Part shown: positions 38,055 through 50,110 of the stretch, piece after piece | How the letters are laid out: every line of letters starts with the position of its first letter | Numbering within the stretch: the stretch's first letter is position 1 | Source of the DNA: Macrostomum lignano | Taxonomy: Eukaryota | Assembly (NCBI GenBank): GCA_002269645.1 | Contig: NIVC01000153.1 | Span: forward strand, 143,088-207,087 | Direction of reading: 5' to 3' | DNA: 64,000 bases | Program-made: the position numbers and the translations under genes | The notes under the pieces: generated by a model | What the model was told of the DNA's origin: nothing | The model's input: only the letters and a program-made list of their open reading frames with translations | Database searches by the model: none

Positions 38055-38460
38055 ATGGGATGCGGAACCTGATTAGGGGAATGGAAAACGGGATGCGGAA
38101 CCTGATTAGGGGAATGGAAAACGGGATGCGGAACCTGATTAGGGGAAGGGGAACGGGATGCGGAACCTGATTAGGGGAAGGGGAACGGGATGCGGAACCT
38201 GATTAGGGGAATTGAAAACGGGATGCGGAACCTGATTAGGGGAAGGGGAACGGGATGCGGAACCTGATTAGGGGAATGGAAAACGGGATGCGGAACCTGA
38301 TTAGGGGAAGGGGAACGGGATGCGGAACCTGATTAGGGGAAGGGGAACGGGATGCGGAACCTGATTAGGGAAAGGCGAACGGGATGCGGAACCTGATTAG
38401 GGGAATGGAAAACGAGATGCGGAACATGATTAGTGGAAAGGGAATAGGATGCGGAAACCC
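38055..38460. repeat. ~32-bp minisatellite CGGGATGCGGAACCTGATTAGGGGAA(T/G)GGAA
   Basis: About 12 units. Confidence 0.95.
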
Positions 38461-38905
38461 ATTTCAATGATTGCAATGGATGCACATTAAATAAGACAAT
38501 AGCACTATAAAACAAAGGCAAAAGCAGACGCAGAAAAAAACGCATTAAGACAGGCAGAATTACAATAAATAATATTTCATAAAGCTTCATCGCCAAAAGC
38601 AGACAAAGTGAAATCAGCAGAGCATAGTAAAGCTTAGCACAAAGTCACACAGAAATCAATAATCAGAGATTTAAACACTCAAAAAATATAGGCACAAACA
38701 TAAGGACTCCCGCAGTCAAAACAAACAAATAAAATATTTATTTTGCTACACTTTAACTCAATTATAATTTCAATCTATAAATAACGCAGTTGATTAAAAA
38801 TAATGATTAAAACAGGACCAAAACCAGCGCGTATTATTGTTGCATAATTTACTCAGGCTCTCACCGTTAACAGGAGCATGCAAATTGATCCCGGATAGGT
38901 TTTGA

Positions 38906-39140
38906 CCATAGACTAATCGACTCTAATGCTTGAAGTCTCCTAGTCTTCTAGGATTAGAGAGATTATATCGAGCGTGAACATAGAATGCCAGCCTGAAGGG
39001 GGGGGAGGTTGGCTCTTGGCCATAGACTAATCGACTCTAACGCTTGAAGTCTCTTATAGGATTAGAGAGATTAATATCGAGTGTGAACATAGAATGCCAG
39101 CCTGAAGAGGGTGGAGGTTGGTTCTTGGCCATAGACTACA
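38906..39140. repeat. ~110-bp tandem duplication in the probable FNDC3 3' UTR
   Basis: CCATAGACTA starts at 38906, 39020 and 39129. Confidence 0.85.
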
Positions 39141-39316
39141 GTCGGCCATTTTGTCTATGGTCAAAAGCTAAACTATCGGACTGGAAGCGTTTCACTACTC
39201 TTCGATGTCAATATGCTACTCAGTATGATAATAAAAATGGTATAGACAATAGGACTATATATAGCTACAGACTGCCGCCACCTCCACCACCGCCTCAAGC
39301 CAGCAGCGCCAGAGCT

Positions 39317-39718
39317 TCAAACGTCTAAGACGGCCAGTCGTTGAAGCAGAGCGGCAACTAGTGCGGCTAACAGGCCGAAAGCCAGCATGCAGGCGAGGGC
39401 TGCGCGGGTCTCTTGGCTGAAGCCGGCTGTTACTGATTGCCAATGCCACCAAGGCAAGCTCTGCTGCTGTTGCTGCTGCGGCTGCTGCTTTTGCTGCGAT
39501 TGCTTCTGCTGCATTGTCGATGCCTCTTTGCTTGCCGAAGAAGCTGAAGCTGCCGCTGCTGCTGGCCTGCGAGTGCAGAATGCTGCCGAGTGCGAGTACG
39601 GGCCAGTCAGCTCATCCCCGGTGTCCGGGCAGCGGCGGCAGGCGGCCACGCGGACATGATAGTCCGTGCCCGGCCGCAGGCTGCTGAGGCGGTGGCACTG
39701 CTCCGTGCCTCTGTGCAC
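39317..39718 (-). CDS. FNDC3: FNDC3 last exon (end of FN3-9, poly-A/Q linker, C-terminal transmembrane anchor)
   Basis: Acceptor CCGCCGCAG|GTG at 39719/39718. VHRGTEQCHRLSSLRPGTDYHVRVAAC, hydrophobic AALACMLAFGLLAALVAALL, stop TGA 39319-39317. AATAAA on the - strand at 38742-38737. Confidence 0.9.
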   Translation of the reverse strand: MHRGTEQCHRLSSLRPGTDYHVRVAACRRCPDTGDELTGPYSHSAAFCTRRPAAAAASASSASKEASTMQQKQSQQKQQPQQQQQQSLPWWHWQSVTAGFSQETRAALACMLAFGLLAALVAALLQRLAVLDV

Positions 39719-39732
39719 CTGCGGCGGGTTCG

Positions 39733-39985
39733 GGTTGGGTAGATGTGTGCTGCTTGGTAGATGTGTGCTGCTTGGTAGATGTGTGCTGCTGGGTAGATGT
39801 GTGCTGCTGGGTAGATGTGTGCTGCTGGGTAGATGTGTGCTGCTTGGTAGATGTGTGCTGCTGGGTAGATATGTGCTGCTGAGTAGATGTGTGCTGCTGG
39901 GTAGATATGTGCTGCTGAGTAGATGTGTGCTGCTGGGTAGATATGTGCTGCTGAGTAGATGTGTGCTGTTGGGTAGATATGTGTT
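39733..39985. repeat. 18-bp minisatellite AGATGTGTGCTGCTGGGT abutting the FNDC3 last-exon acceptor
   Basis: Direct inspection. Confidence 0.95.
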
Positions 39986-40445
39986 GTATAAGCAGTGAGG
40001 CTATTCTCTACATCACATAAATCGTACGCTCAGAAACCAGTAATTAACAGGCGTACACACGCGATCGTATAGTATAGAGATTATATACTCGCATATACTG
40101 TTGATACAGAGAACACAACGTACTAAGCTGCTAATGCGGTGCATATGTCCAGCAAGGCAGAATAATGATGGACAGGTGTAGTTATAGACTAAACGGAAAT
40201 GAATTTAAAAAAACTCCATGATGGCGGTTTTCAGCACGAGATCTGAATAGATGCTGCTTATAACTATAAGAGTATAGTAAGCCAGAGCCAAAAAATGGAC
40301 GGAACTGCAACTAATTGCGGAAAAATTTCGGAACTGAAGAAGGCGAGGAGACAGTCGAGTAGTTATTTTTCTCCACTATGAGTATTATCACCGGCTGAGC
40401 TTTTCTACTCCTAAAGGTGCGTTAGGAGCCGGGACAGTGTGCAAA

Positions 40446-43400
40446 GTGACTGAGTGAGGGAATCCAGCAGAACCAATTGAGTGACTGAGTGAGGGAATCC
40501 AGCAGAATCAATTCAGTGACTGAGTGAGGGAATCCAGCAGAATCAATTCAGTGACTGAGTGAGGGAATCCAGCAGCACCAATTGAGTGACTGAGTGAGGG
40601 AATCCAGCAGAACCAATGAGTGACTGAGTGAGGGAATCCAGCAGAATCAATTCAGTGACTGAGTGAGGGAATCCAGCAGAACCAATTCAGTGACTGAGTG
40701 AGGGAATCCAGCAGCACCAATTGAGTGACTGAGTGAGGGAATCCAGCAGAACCAATGAGTGACTGAGTGAGGGAATCCAGCAGAATCAATTCAGTGACTG
40801 AGTGAGGGAATCCAGCAGAACCAATGAGTGACTGAGTGAGGGAATCCAGCAGCACCAATTGAGTGACTGAGTGAGGGAATCCAGCAGAATCAATTCAGTG
40901 ACTGAGTGAGGGAATCCAGCAGAATCAATTCAGTGACTGAGTGAGGGAATCCAGCAGAATCAATTCAGTGACTGAGTGAGGGAATCCAGCAGAACCAATT
41001 CAGTGACTGAGTGAGGGAATCCAGCAGAATCAATTCAGTGACTGAGTGAGGGAATCCAGCAGCACCAATTGAGTGACTGAGTGAGGGAATCCAGCAGAAC
41101 CAATGAGTGACTGAGTGAGGGAATCCAGCAGCACCAATTGAGTGACTGAGTGAGGGAATCCAGCAGAATCAATTCAGTGACTGAGTGAGGGAATCCAGCA
41201 GAATCAATTCAGTGACTGAGTGAGGGAATCCAGCAGAATCAATTCAGTGACTGAGTGAGGGAATCCAGCAGAACCAATGAGTGACTGAGTGAGGGAATCC
41301 AGCAGCACCAATTGAGTGACTGAGTGAGGGAATCCAGCAGAAACAATTGAGTGACTGAGTGAGGGAATCCAGCAGAATCAATTCAGTGACTGAGTAAGGG
41401 AATCCAGCAGAACCAATGAGTGACTGAGTGAGGGAATCCAGCAGCACCAATTGAGTGACTGAGTGAGGGAATCCAGCAGAAACAATTGAGTGACTGAGTG
41501 AGGGAATCCAGCAGAATCAATTGAGTGACTGAGTGAGGGAATCCAGCAGCACCAATTGAGTGACTGAGTGAGGGAATCCAGCAGAACCAATTCAGTGACT
41601 GAGTGAGGGAATCCAGCAGCACCAATTGAGTGACTGAGTGAGGGAATCCAGCAGAACCAATTCAGTGACTGAGTGAGGGAATCCAGCAGAACCAATGAGT
41701 GACTGAGTGAGGGAATCCAGCAGAACCAATTGAGTGACTGAGTGAGGGAATCCAGCAGAATCAATTCAGTGACTGAGTGAGGGAATCCAGCAGAATCAAT
41801 TCAGTGACTGAGTGAGGGAATCCAGCAGAACCAATGAGTGACTGAGTGAGGGAATCCAGCAGAAACAATTGAGTGACTGAGTGAGGGAATCCAGCAGAAT
41901 CAATTGAGTGACTGAGTGAGGGAATCCAGCAGAACCAATTCAGTGACTGAGTGAGGGAATCCAGCAGCACCAATTGAGTGACTGAGTGAGGGAATCCAGC
42001 AGAACCAATTCAGTGACTGAGTGAGGGAATCCAGCAGAACCAATGAGTGACTGAGTGAGGGAATCCAGCAGAACCAATTGAGTGACTGAGTGAGGGAATC
42101 CAGCAGAATCAATTCAGTGACTGAGTGAGGGAATCCAGCAGAATCAATTCAGTGACTGAGTAAGGGAATCCAGCAGAACCAATGAGTGACTGAGTGAGGG
42201 AATCCAGCAGAATCAATTCAGTGACTGAGTGAGGGAATCCAGCAGAATCAATTCAGTGACTGAGTGAGGGAATCCAGCAGAATCAATTCAGTGACTGAGT
42301 GAGGGAATCCAGCAGAACCAATTGAGTGACTGAGTGAGGGAATCCAGCAGAATCAATTCAGTGACTGAGTGAGGGAATCCAGCAGAATCAATTCAGTGAC
42401 TGAGTGAGGGAATCCAGCAGAATCAATTCAGTGACTGAGTGAGGGAATCCAGCAGAATCAATTCAGTGACTGAGTGAGGGAATCCAGCAGAACCAATTGA
42501 GTGACTGAGTGAGGGAATCCAGCAGAAACAATTGAGTGACTGAGTGAGGGAATCCAGCAGAATCAATGAGTGACTGAGTGAGGGAATCCAGCAGAATCAA
42601 TTCAGTGACTGAGTGAGGGAATCCAGCAGCACCAATTGAGTGACTGAGTGAGGGAATCCAGCAGCACCAATTGAGTGACTGAGTGAGGGAATCCAGCAGA
42701 ATCAATTGAGTGACTGAGTGAGGGAATCCAGCAGAATCAATTCAGTGACTGAGTGAGGGAATCCAGCAGCACCAATTGAGTGACTGAGTGAGGGAATCCA
42801 GCAGAATCAATTCAGTGACTGAGTGAGGGAATCCAGCAGAAACAATTGAGTGACTGAGTGAGGGAATCCAGCAGAATCAATTCAGTGACTGAGTGAGGGA
42901 ATCCAGCAGAACCAATGAGTGACTCAGTGAGGGAATCCAGCAGAATCAATTGAGTGACTGAGTGAGGGAATCCAGCAGAATCAATTCAGTGACTGAGTGA
43001 GGGAATCCAGCAGAATCAATGAGTGACTGAGTGAGGGAATCCAGCAGCACCAATTGAGTGACTGAGTGAGGGAATCCAGCAGAATCAATTCAGTGACTGA
43101 GTGAGGGAATCCAGCAGAACCAATTGAGTGACTGAGTGAGGGAATCCAGCAGAATCAATTCAGTGACTGAGTGAGGGAATCCAGCAGAATCAATGAGTGA
43201 CTGAGTGAGGGAATCCAGCAGAATCAATTCAGTGACTGAGTGAGGGAATCCAGCAGAATCAATGAGTGACTGAGTGAGGGAATCCAGCAGCACGAATTGA
43301 GTGACTGAGTGAGGGAATCCAGCAGAATCAATTCAGTGACTGAGTGAGGGAATCCAGCAGAATCAATTCAGTGACTGAGTGAGGGAATCCAGCAGAATCA

Positions 43401-44265
43401 ATTCAGTGACTGAGTGAGGGAATCCAGCAGAATCAATGAGTGACTGAGTGAGGGAATCCAGCAGAACCAATTCAGTGACTGAGTGAGGGAATCCAGCAGC
43501 ACCAATTGAGTGACTGAGTGAGGGAATCCAGCAGAATCAATTCAGTGACTGAGTGAGGGAATCCAGCAGAATCAATTCAGTGACTGAGTGAGGGAATCCA
43601 GCAGAATCAATTCAGTGACTGAGTGAGGGAATCCAGCAGAATCAATGAGTGACTGAGTGAGGGAATCCAGCAGAATCAATTGAGTGACTGAGTGAGGGAA
43701 TCCAGCAGAACCAATTGAGTGACTGAGTGAGGGAATCCAGCAGCACCAATTGAGTGACTGAGTGAGGGAATCCAGCAGAACCAATTGAGTGACTGAGTGA
43801 GGGAATCCAGCAGAACCAATGAGTGACTGAGTGAGGGAATCCAGCAGAATCAATTCAGTGACTGAGTAAGGGAATCCAGCAGAATCAATTCAGTGACTGA
43901 GTGAGGGAATCCAGCAGAACCAATTGAGTGACTGAGTGAGGGAATCCAGCAGAATCAATTCAGTGACTGAGTGAGGGAATCCAGCAGAATCAATGAGTGA
44001 CTGAGTGAGGGAATCCAGCAGCACCAATTGAGTGACTGAGTGAGGGAATCCAGCAGAATCAATGAGTGACTGAGTGAGGGAATCCAGCAGCACCAATTGA
44101 GTGACTGAGTGAGGGAATCCAGCAGAATCAATTCAGTGACTGAGTGAAGGAATCCAGCAGCACCAATTGAGTGACTGAGTGAGGGAATCCAGCAGAACCA
44201 ATGAGTGACTGAGTGAGGGAATCCAGCAGAACCAATGAGTGACTGAGTGAGGGAATCCAGCAGAA
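40446..44265. repeat. 34/35-bp minisatellite GTGACTGAGTGAGGGAATCCAGCAGAATCAATTCA, 3.8 kb
   Basis: About 110 units with a small set of variants. Confidence 0.98.
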
Positions 44266-44298
44266 CAGGACTGCAGGTTCAAGAAAGCGGCAGCATAC

Positions 44299-44913
44299 CA
44301 GAGTGTAGTCAGGCTCTCCAGAGGCCATGAGCTGCAGCAGGTAGGTCACGGGCTCATCAAGCTGCTGCTGCAACTGCCAGTCAATCCGGCAGGATGTCTC
44401 AGTCAAGCCAGACACTCGCGGCGGCTTTGGCGCAGGCGGCACAGCTCGATCTGTAACAAATCTGACTGGCTCCGAATAGTCGCCGAAGCCCGAAGAGTTC
44501 GCCGCCCTAATCCGAAACAGATAGGCGGTCCGATCAGTTAGCCGAGCAACTCTCGCCGCCAGCGCCGGTCCGTGATACACCAACTGCCAGCTGGGCTCCG
44601 CGCCATCCAGCGCCGCTTCCACTTGGTACTGAGGCCAATCCGATGACGATGAAGCTGCTGCAGCCGACGCCGCTGAAGCTGACGATGACGAGGAGGACGC
44701 GGCTGCTGACGACCAGCGCAGTTTGAGCCAGTCGGCGGCCCGATGGGCGCACTCTAAACGGTTCGGCGGCGGCGGCGGCAGCGGCCCAGTGACGGCTTTG
44801 CAGACTGGCGACATTGGGCCCGGGCCGATGCTGTTGTAGGCTCGGACTCGAATCCGATAGAGGGTGTCTGGCCGGAGGCTCGATATGGTGTACTCGCACT
44901 GGTCCGGGCTCAC
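44299..44913 (-). CDS. FNDC3: FNDC3 exon (rest of FN3-7, FN3-8, first half of FN3-9)
   Basis: Acceptor CACCAG|GTG at 44914/44913. SLRPDTLYRIRVRAYNSIGPGPMS, LTDRTAYLFRIRAANSSGFGDYS. Donor CTG|GTATGC at 44298. 615 nt. Confidence 0.9.
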
Positions 44914-45039
44914 CTGGTGACGGATTGGGATTTTTGTGAAAACAAGGCGAGTGAAATGAGTGAACTGGGAGGGCAGAATAGAAAGCAATGGGAATGTGGA
45001 TTGCTGGACTGGGATTTAGGAATTAGGAATGGCGAAGTG

Positions 45040-45275
45040 AAAAAGAGAAAGTGGAAATGAGAAGTGGGACTGGGAAGGTGGGAATGGGGAAGTGGGAATG
45101 GGGACCAAGAATGGGTAAGTGAGAATGGGAAATCGGGAATGGGAAAGTGGGAATGGGAAATAAGAAATGGGAAAGTGGGAATGGGAAAGTGGGAATGGGA
45201 AATCGGGAATGGAAAGTTGGAATGGAAAATCGGGAATGGGAAATTAGGAATGGGAAATTAGGAATGGGAAATGCG
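45040..45275. repeat. Degenerate GGGAAT/GGGAAA repeat
   Basis: Direct inspection. Confidence 0.8.
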
Positions 45276-46159
45276 GGCATGACTTAGAAATCGTCAGGCA
45301 TGTACACTCTCTGTGACTTTGTGTTGGCCCTCATAGGTGTGAATCGCGCAACAACTCCCTTGGCCAATTATTATACACACGCCTGCTTCCTTGATCTAGA
45401 TAAGGTCACGTGTCTAGTATCTAGAAAACGCAAAACTTTTTTCAAAAAAATATGCTTCGATAATAAGCAAACCAGGAAATCAATTACCAACACCGAATCG
45501 AGTATTACGAGCTGGCAAAATTTGATTAAAGTCTCATGCTACGGAGAAGAAACACGGTGCCGGGCCTTCCCCAAGAGACTAGGACAAAGGAAAAGTACAC
45601 ACACGCACAGCGATGTGATAAATTAAATGAAGCGAATCAATAGCCGAGAAATCAAGCAGAAACTAGCAATTATATTTTCGATGCAAAGCTGATCTCAGTG
45701 CGATCATGACAGTTCAATAAAGATCAAATTAGGCCGTGAAGCTGGGAAACTAGAGAGAGAGAGGGGGAGGGCATGACGACACGAAGGGTGAAGCAGATGA
45801 AAGAGCGAAATGTTGCTCCAAGAGAAGTCATTAGCTAGAAAACAGCTATAGAAAAAGAGTTCTTGTCAAAAGAAGTTTCAAGACTTGGATTTTTCTGCTT
45901 GGCAAACTACGCAAGAAAACAGACAGGAAGTAAGTAAATAGCTGGCACGGCAAACCGGCAGCAGGATAAGAATTCTGGCCGGGCATTTTGTCTCCCTAAT
46001 TATATCCTATTGAGAGTTTTGACTTAAAGACACGGATGCGTGCTCATTAGCGCTGAATAGGTAAAGAGCACGGCGTCATTGCCAGAGAGCGATAATTATC
46101 ATGAGCCTTTTCTCTCTCTCTCTCTCCCCCCATGATTTTGATTCATTTGAAACTTTGTC

Positions 46160-46570
46160 TATCTTTATGTCACTCTTCTCTCCCTGTCTACATCTCCCCT
46201 TCTCTCCCTGTCTACATCTCCCCTTCTCTCCCTGTCTACATCTCACTCTTCTCTCCCTGTCTGCATCTCACCCTTCTCTCCCTGTCCACATCTCACTCTT
46301 CTCTCCCTGTCCACATCTCACTCTTCTCTCCCTGTCTACATCTCCTCTTCTCTCCCTGTCCACATCTCACTCTTCTCTCCCTGTCTGCATCTCACTCTTC
46401 TCTCCCTGTCTGCATCTCACCCTTCTCTCCCTGTCCACATCTCACTCTTCTCTCCCTGTCTACATCTCCTCTTCTCTCCCTGTCCACATCTCACTCTTCT
46501 CTCCCTGTCTACATCTCCTCTTCTCTCCCTGTCTGCATCTCACCCTTCTCTCCCTGTCTACATCTCACCC
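46160..46570. repeat. ~22-25-bp minisatellite CTTCTCTCCCTGTC(T/C)ACATCTC
   Basis: Direct inspection. Confidence 0.95.
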
Positions 46571-47124
46571 TTATCTCCGTCTTTATGTTAATCATACTCT
46601 AATACAGCCTACCTCACCCCTTATTTCGGTCATAATCTCAACCCTCGCCCAGTCATAATCTCAGCCCTCTACGAGTTAGAAATCTCATTTACTTCACTCC
46701 CAGTCATAGTCTTACCGCTCTGCCTCCCACTACTAGTTATCTTATCCAAACCATTAATTTACTAGATTTGAATATCAAGCAAATCACTTCTGTGACGTGT
46801 CATTCGAGTTCACGTGACTAATTATTGGCCGCGTAAGCCTCGAGCACTTAAACTTGAGACGCAAGAAATAATAGGGAGTAAATGCCTCAATTTATAAGCA
46901 AATGCTGATTTTAATGACAAAGCACAAAACGACGCTATAGTGCTCAGCGCACCTGTCTAATCTTCGCTGTAGCCGAGAGAGCAAGCTAGGATGCGCAATA
47001 AGCAACAAATCCGCTTAGCCGGCTGAGTGCAAATTAATACTAATTAAACCGGAGTGTCCCATTTCTTCAGCTCAAGCTTTTGAAAAGCTGACTGCGAACT
47101 AATTCAGATAGATTTTAAATAAGC

Positions 47125-48545
47125 AGTAATAATGAGACACTGACGAGACAAGCAGTGTGATTAATGAGACAGGCAGTGTGATTGATGAGACAGGCAGTGT
47201 GATTGATGAAAGGCAGTGAGATTTATTAGACAGGCAGTGAGATTGATGAGAGGCAGTGAGATTGATGAGACAGGCAGTGAGATTGATGAGAGGCAGTGAG
47301 ATTGATGAGACAGGCAGTGAGATTGATGAGACAGGCAGTGTGAATAATGAGACAGGCAGTGAGATTGATGAGACAGTCAGTGAGATTGATGAGACAGGCA
47401 GTGAGATTGATGAGACAGGCAGTGATTGATAAGACAAGCAGTGAGATTGATAAGACAGACAGTGTGATTGATAAGACAAGCAGTGATATAGATGAGACAG
47501 GTAGTAAGATTGATAAGACAGACAGTGTGATTGATAAGACAAGCAGTGTGATTGATAAGACAAGCAGTGAGATTGATAAGACAGACAGTGTGATTGATAA
47601 GACAAGCAGTGAGATTGATAAGACAGACAGTGTGATTGATAAGACAAGCAGTGAGGTTGATAAGACAGACAGTGTGATTGATAAGACAGACAGTGTGATT
47701 GATAAGACAAGCAGTGAGATTGATAAGACAGACAGTGTGATTGATAAGACAAGCAGTGAGATTGATAAGACAGACAGTGTGATTGATAAGACAAGCAGTG
47801 AGATTGATAAGACAGACAGTGTGATTGATAAGACAGACAGTGTGATTGATAAGACAGACAGTGTGATTGATAAGACAGACAGTGTGATTGATAAGACAAG
47901 CAGTGAGATTGATAAGACAGACAGTGTGATTGATAAGACAATCAGTGAGATTGATAAGACAGACAGTGTGATTGATAAGACAGACAGTGTGATTGATAAG
48001 ACAGACAGTGTGATTGATAAGACAAGCAGTGAGATTGATAAGACAGACAGTGTGATTGATAAGACAAGCAGTGAGATTGATAAGACAGACAGTGTGATTG
48101 ATAAGACAAGCAGTGAGATTAATAAGACAGACAGTGTGATTGATAAGACGAGCAGTGAGATTGATAAGACAAGCAGTGAGATTGATAAGACAAGCAGTGA
48201 GATTGATAAGACAGACAGTGTGATTGATAAGACAAGCAGTGAGATTGATAAGACAGACAGTGTGATTGATAAGACAGACAGTGTGATTGATAAGACAGAC
48301 AGTGTGATTGATAAGACAAGCAGTGAGATTGATAAGACAGACAGTGTGATTGATAAGACAAGCAGTGAGATTGATAAGACAGACAGTGTGATTGATAAGA
48401 CAAGCAGTGAGATTAATAAGACAGACAGTGTGATTGATAAGACGAGCAGTGAGATTGATAAGACAAGCAGTGAGATTGATAAGACAAGCAGTGAGATTGA
48501 TAAGACAAGCAGTGAGATTGATAAGACAAGCAGTGAGGTTGATGA
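47125..48545. repeat. 21-bp two-variant minisatellite GATTGATAAGACAGACAGTGT / GATTGATAAGACAAGCAGTGA
   Basis: Direct inspection; explains ORFs at 47099-48876. Confidence 0.97.
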
Positions 48546-49379
48546 AACATGGAGAGACATTGACCAGAGAGCGAGACTTATGAGACTCGGAAAACAACCT
48601 TTAAACTTATGTAGCAAGTTAGCAATATCCACACGCGAATATTGGCCAGACAAGAACTTCGAACTACCTAGGTTTAAGCCGGTTAAAACCTTTACAGCTG
48701 GACAAAAATGTAGCGCGGAGTTGCAAACAGTTAAAACGGTTTTAAATCAAAACATGTTTTCAACACTAGGAAACTCGCAACACGCTGCTCTACAAGTTAA
48801 AGTCTCTGCCGAATTGAAAATAAGTCATCTCAATTGCAAACGGGTGGCCTGCACGCAGGCCATAAACATTTTCTAAGTTTTCCAATCTTTTGGTCTCCTC
48901 AGTTTGTATTCAATGTCCCAGCTCCAGCCTGAAAAACTGTACTGGATTCTTCAATGCATGGACAGGTTAAATGATTTTCCAAGTTGTTGGATTCTCTAAG
49001 AGTTAGCAAACAGAATACGGGTCATCATACAGCACATCGCTCGACGAAGAACCAGATTTTGAGCAGTTGATGTCTGATGACGAGGATCAAAATAGCAGCT
49101 ATGCCACTACTGACTCGTCCGATGAGGCCGCCAATCTGTTCAGTGGATCCGTAGATGAAGAAATGGGTGGCTGGCAACGCGTCGTACCAACGGTTTTTGA
49201 TCTATCTTTAATTGACGCGCTGATGAACAACAACCAGCTTGGTTCGAATTACAAAGGTTTCAAGCGGAATAAGGTGAGCCAGCTGTGCCATCAATCTTGA
49301 AGACGGGGGGGGGCATCACAAACCCGAAAAATCACAACTCCGAAAACCAAAATAGCATTGCTTCGTCAAGGCCTGTCTG

Positions 49380-50110
49380 TCCCGGTTGGAGGACGTTCGA
49401 GTTCGAGTTCAGGCCTTCTGCCTGACTGTGATGGCCTCAGACACAGACGCGGCAGCGGCTATTAACACGGTGCTGGTGGAAGCGACTCTAGTGCAGGCAG
49501 ACGACGACAAAGAGGATCTTTTCATTTTGCTCAGCTAAACCTCTGCGCACTCTGGAAGTCTGCAACCTGCAGGTCTCAGCCGGCCCAATCGTCCAGCGTG
49601 TCAGCTTCATCATCGTCCCCAGGAGGACCAGCGTGCTCGGCCGAGCAGGTTCAACCTCGACATCCCTGCAGCTGCTGAGTCTGGGGACACTGGCCAGAGA
49701 GGTGACAAGCCCAAGCGATGCTCTAAACGACGAGAAACCAGCCCAGGACAGAGCATCGCTGCGGCGACTCAACACTGTCAAGTCCGCACCGGGAGGCCCG
49801 ACCATCAAGAGCGTCCGCGAGGCCACAGTGCGGGCTCTGACCTTCGTCATGCAGGCGCTGGCAACTGGCGCTCCGGCGATACAGCCTAAGCCGGAAGCTT
49901 CCACTTGCTCAAGGGAGAGCTCCGTGTGCGTGACGGCGTGCTGCTCAGGGACAGCTGGATCGTTGCAAACGCAGCGCTTCAGCAGCAGACCATCAGTTGG
50001 GCCCGCCAGAGTTGATTAGGCTGGAGGAAGGCCAACGACCGGTTGCGGAGGAAAGTCTGGTGGCCCGGCATGGCACGGCAGGAACAGGCGGCTCTGTCAA
50101 GGAGATGGCA
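49380..50110 (+). pseudogene. Decayed Ty3/Gypsy pol fragment: aspartic protease joined to connection and integrase N-terminus; RT and RNase H missing
   Basis: Protease-like VMASDTDAAAAI..KPLRTLEVCNLQVSAG..SFIIVPRRTSVLGR. Connection-like TIKSVREAT..VMQALATG. Integrase N-terminus KGELRVRDGVLLRDSWIV..*LGWRKANDRLRRKVWWPGM. Two frameshifts and a stop at 50013. Confidence 0.75.

Noticed and set aside
40446-44265. CRISPR-like regular array
   Set aside because: Units are contiguous with no unique spacers, no cas genes, eukaryotic context. The same holds for all arrays here.
47099-48876. 509-aa IDKTDSV ORF with a ~100-aa unique tail (ice-binding or adhesin look-alike)
   Set aside because: Antisense in an FNDC3 intron, built from a 21-bp array; the tail shows no recognisable motif or splice support.
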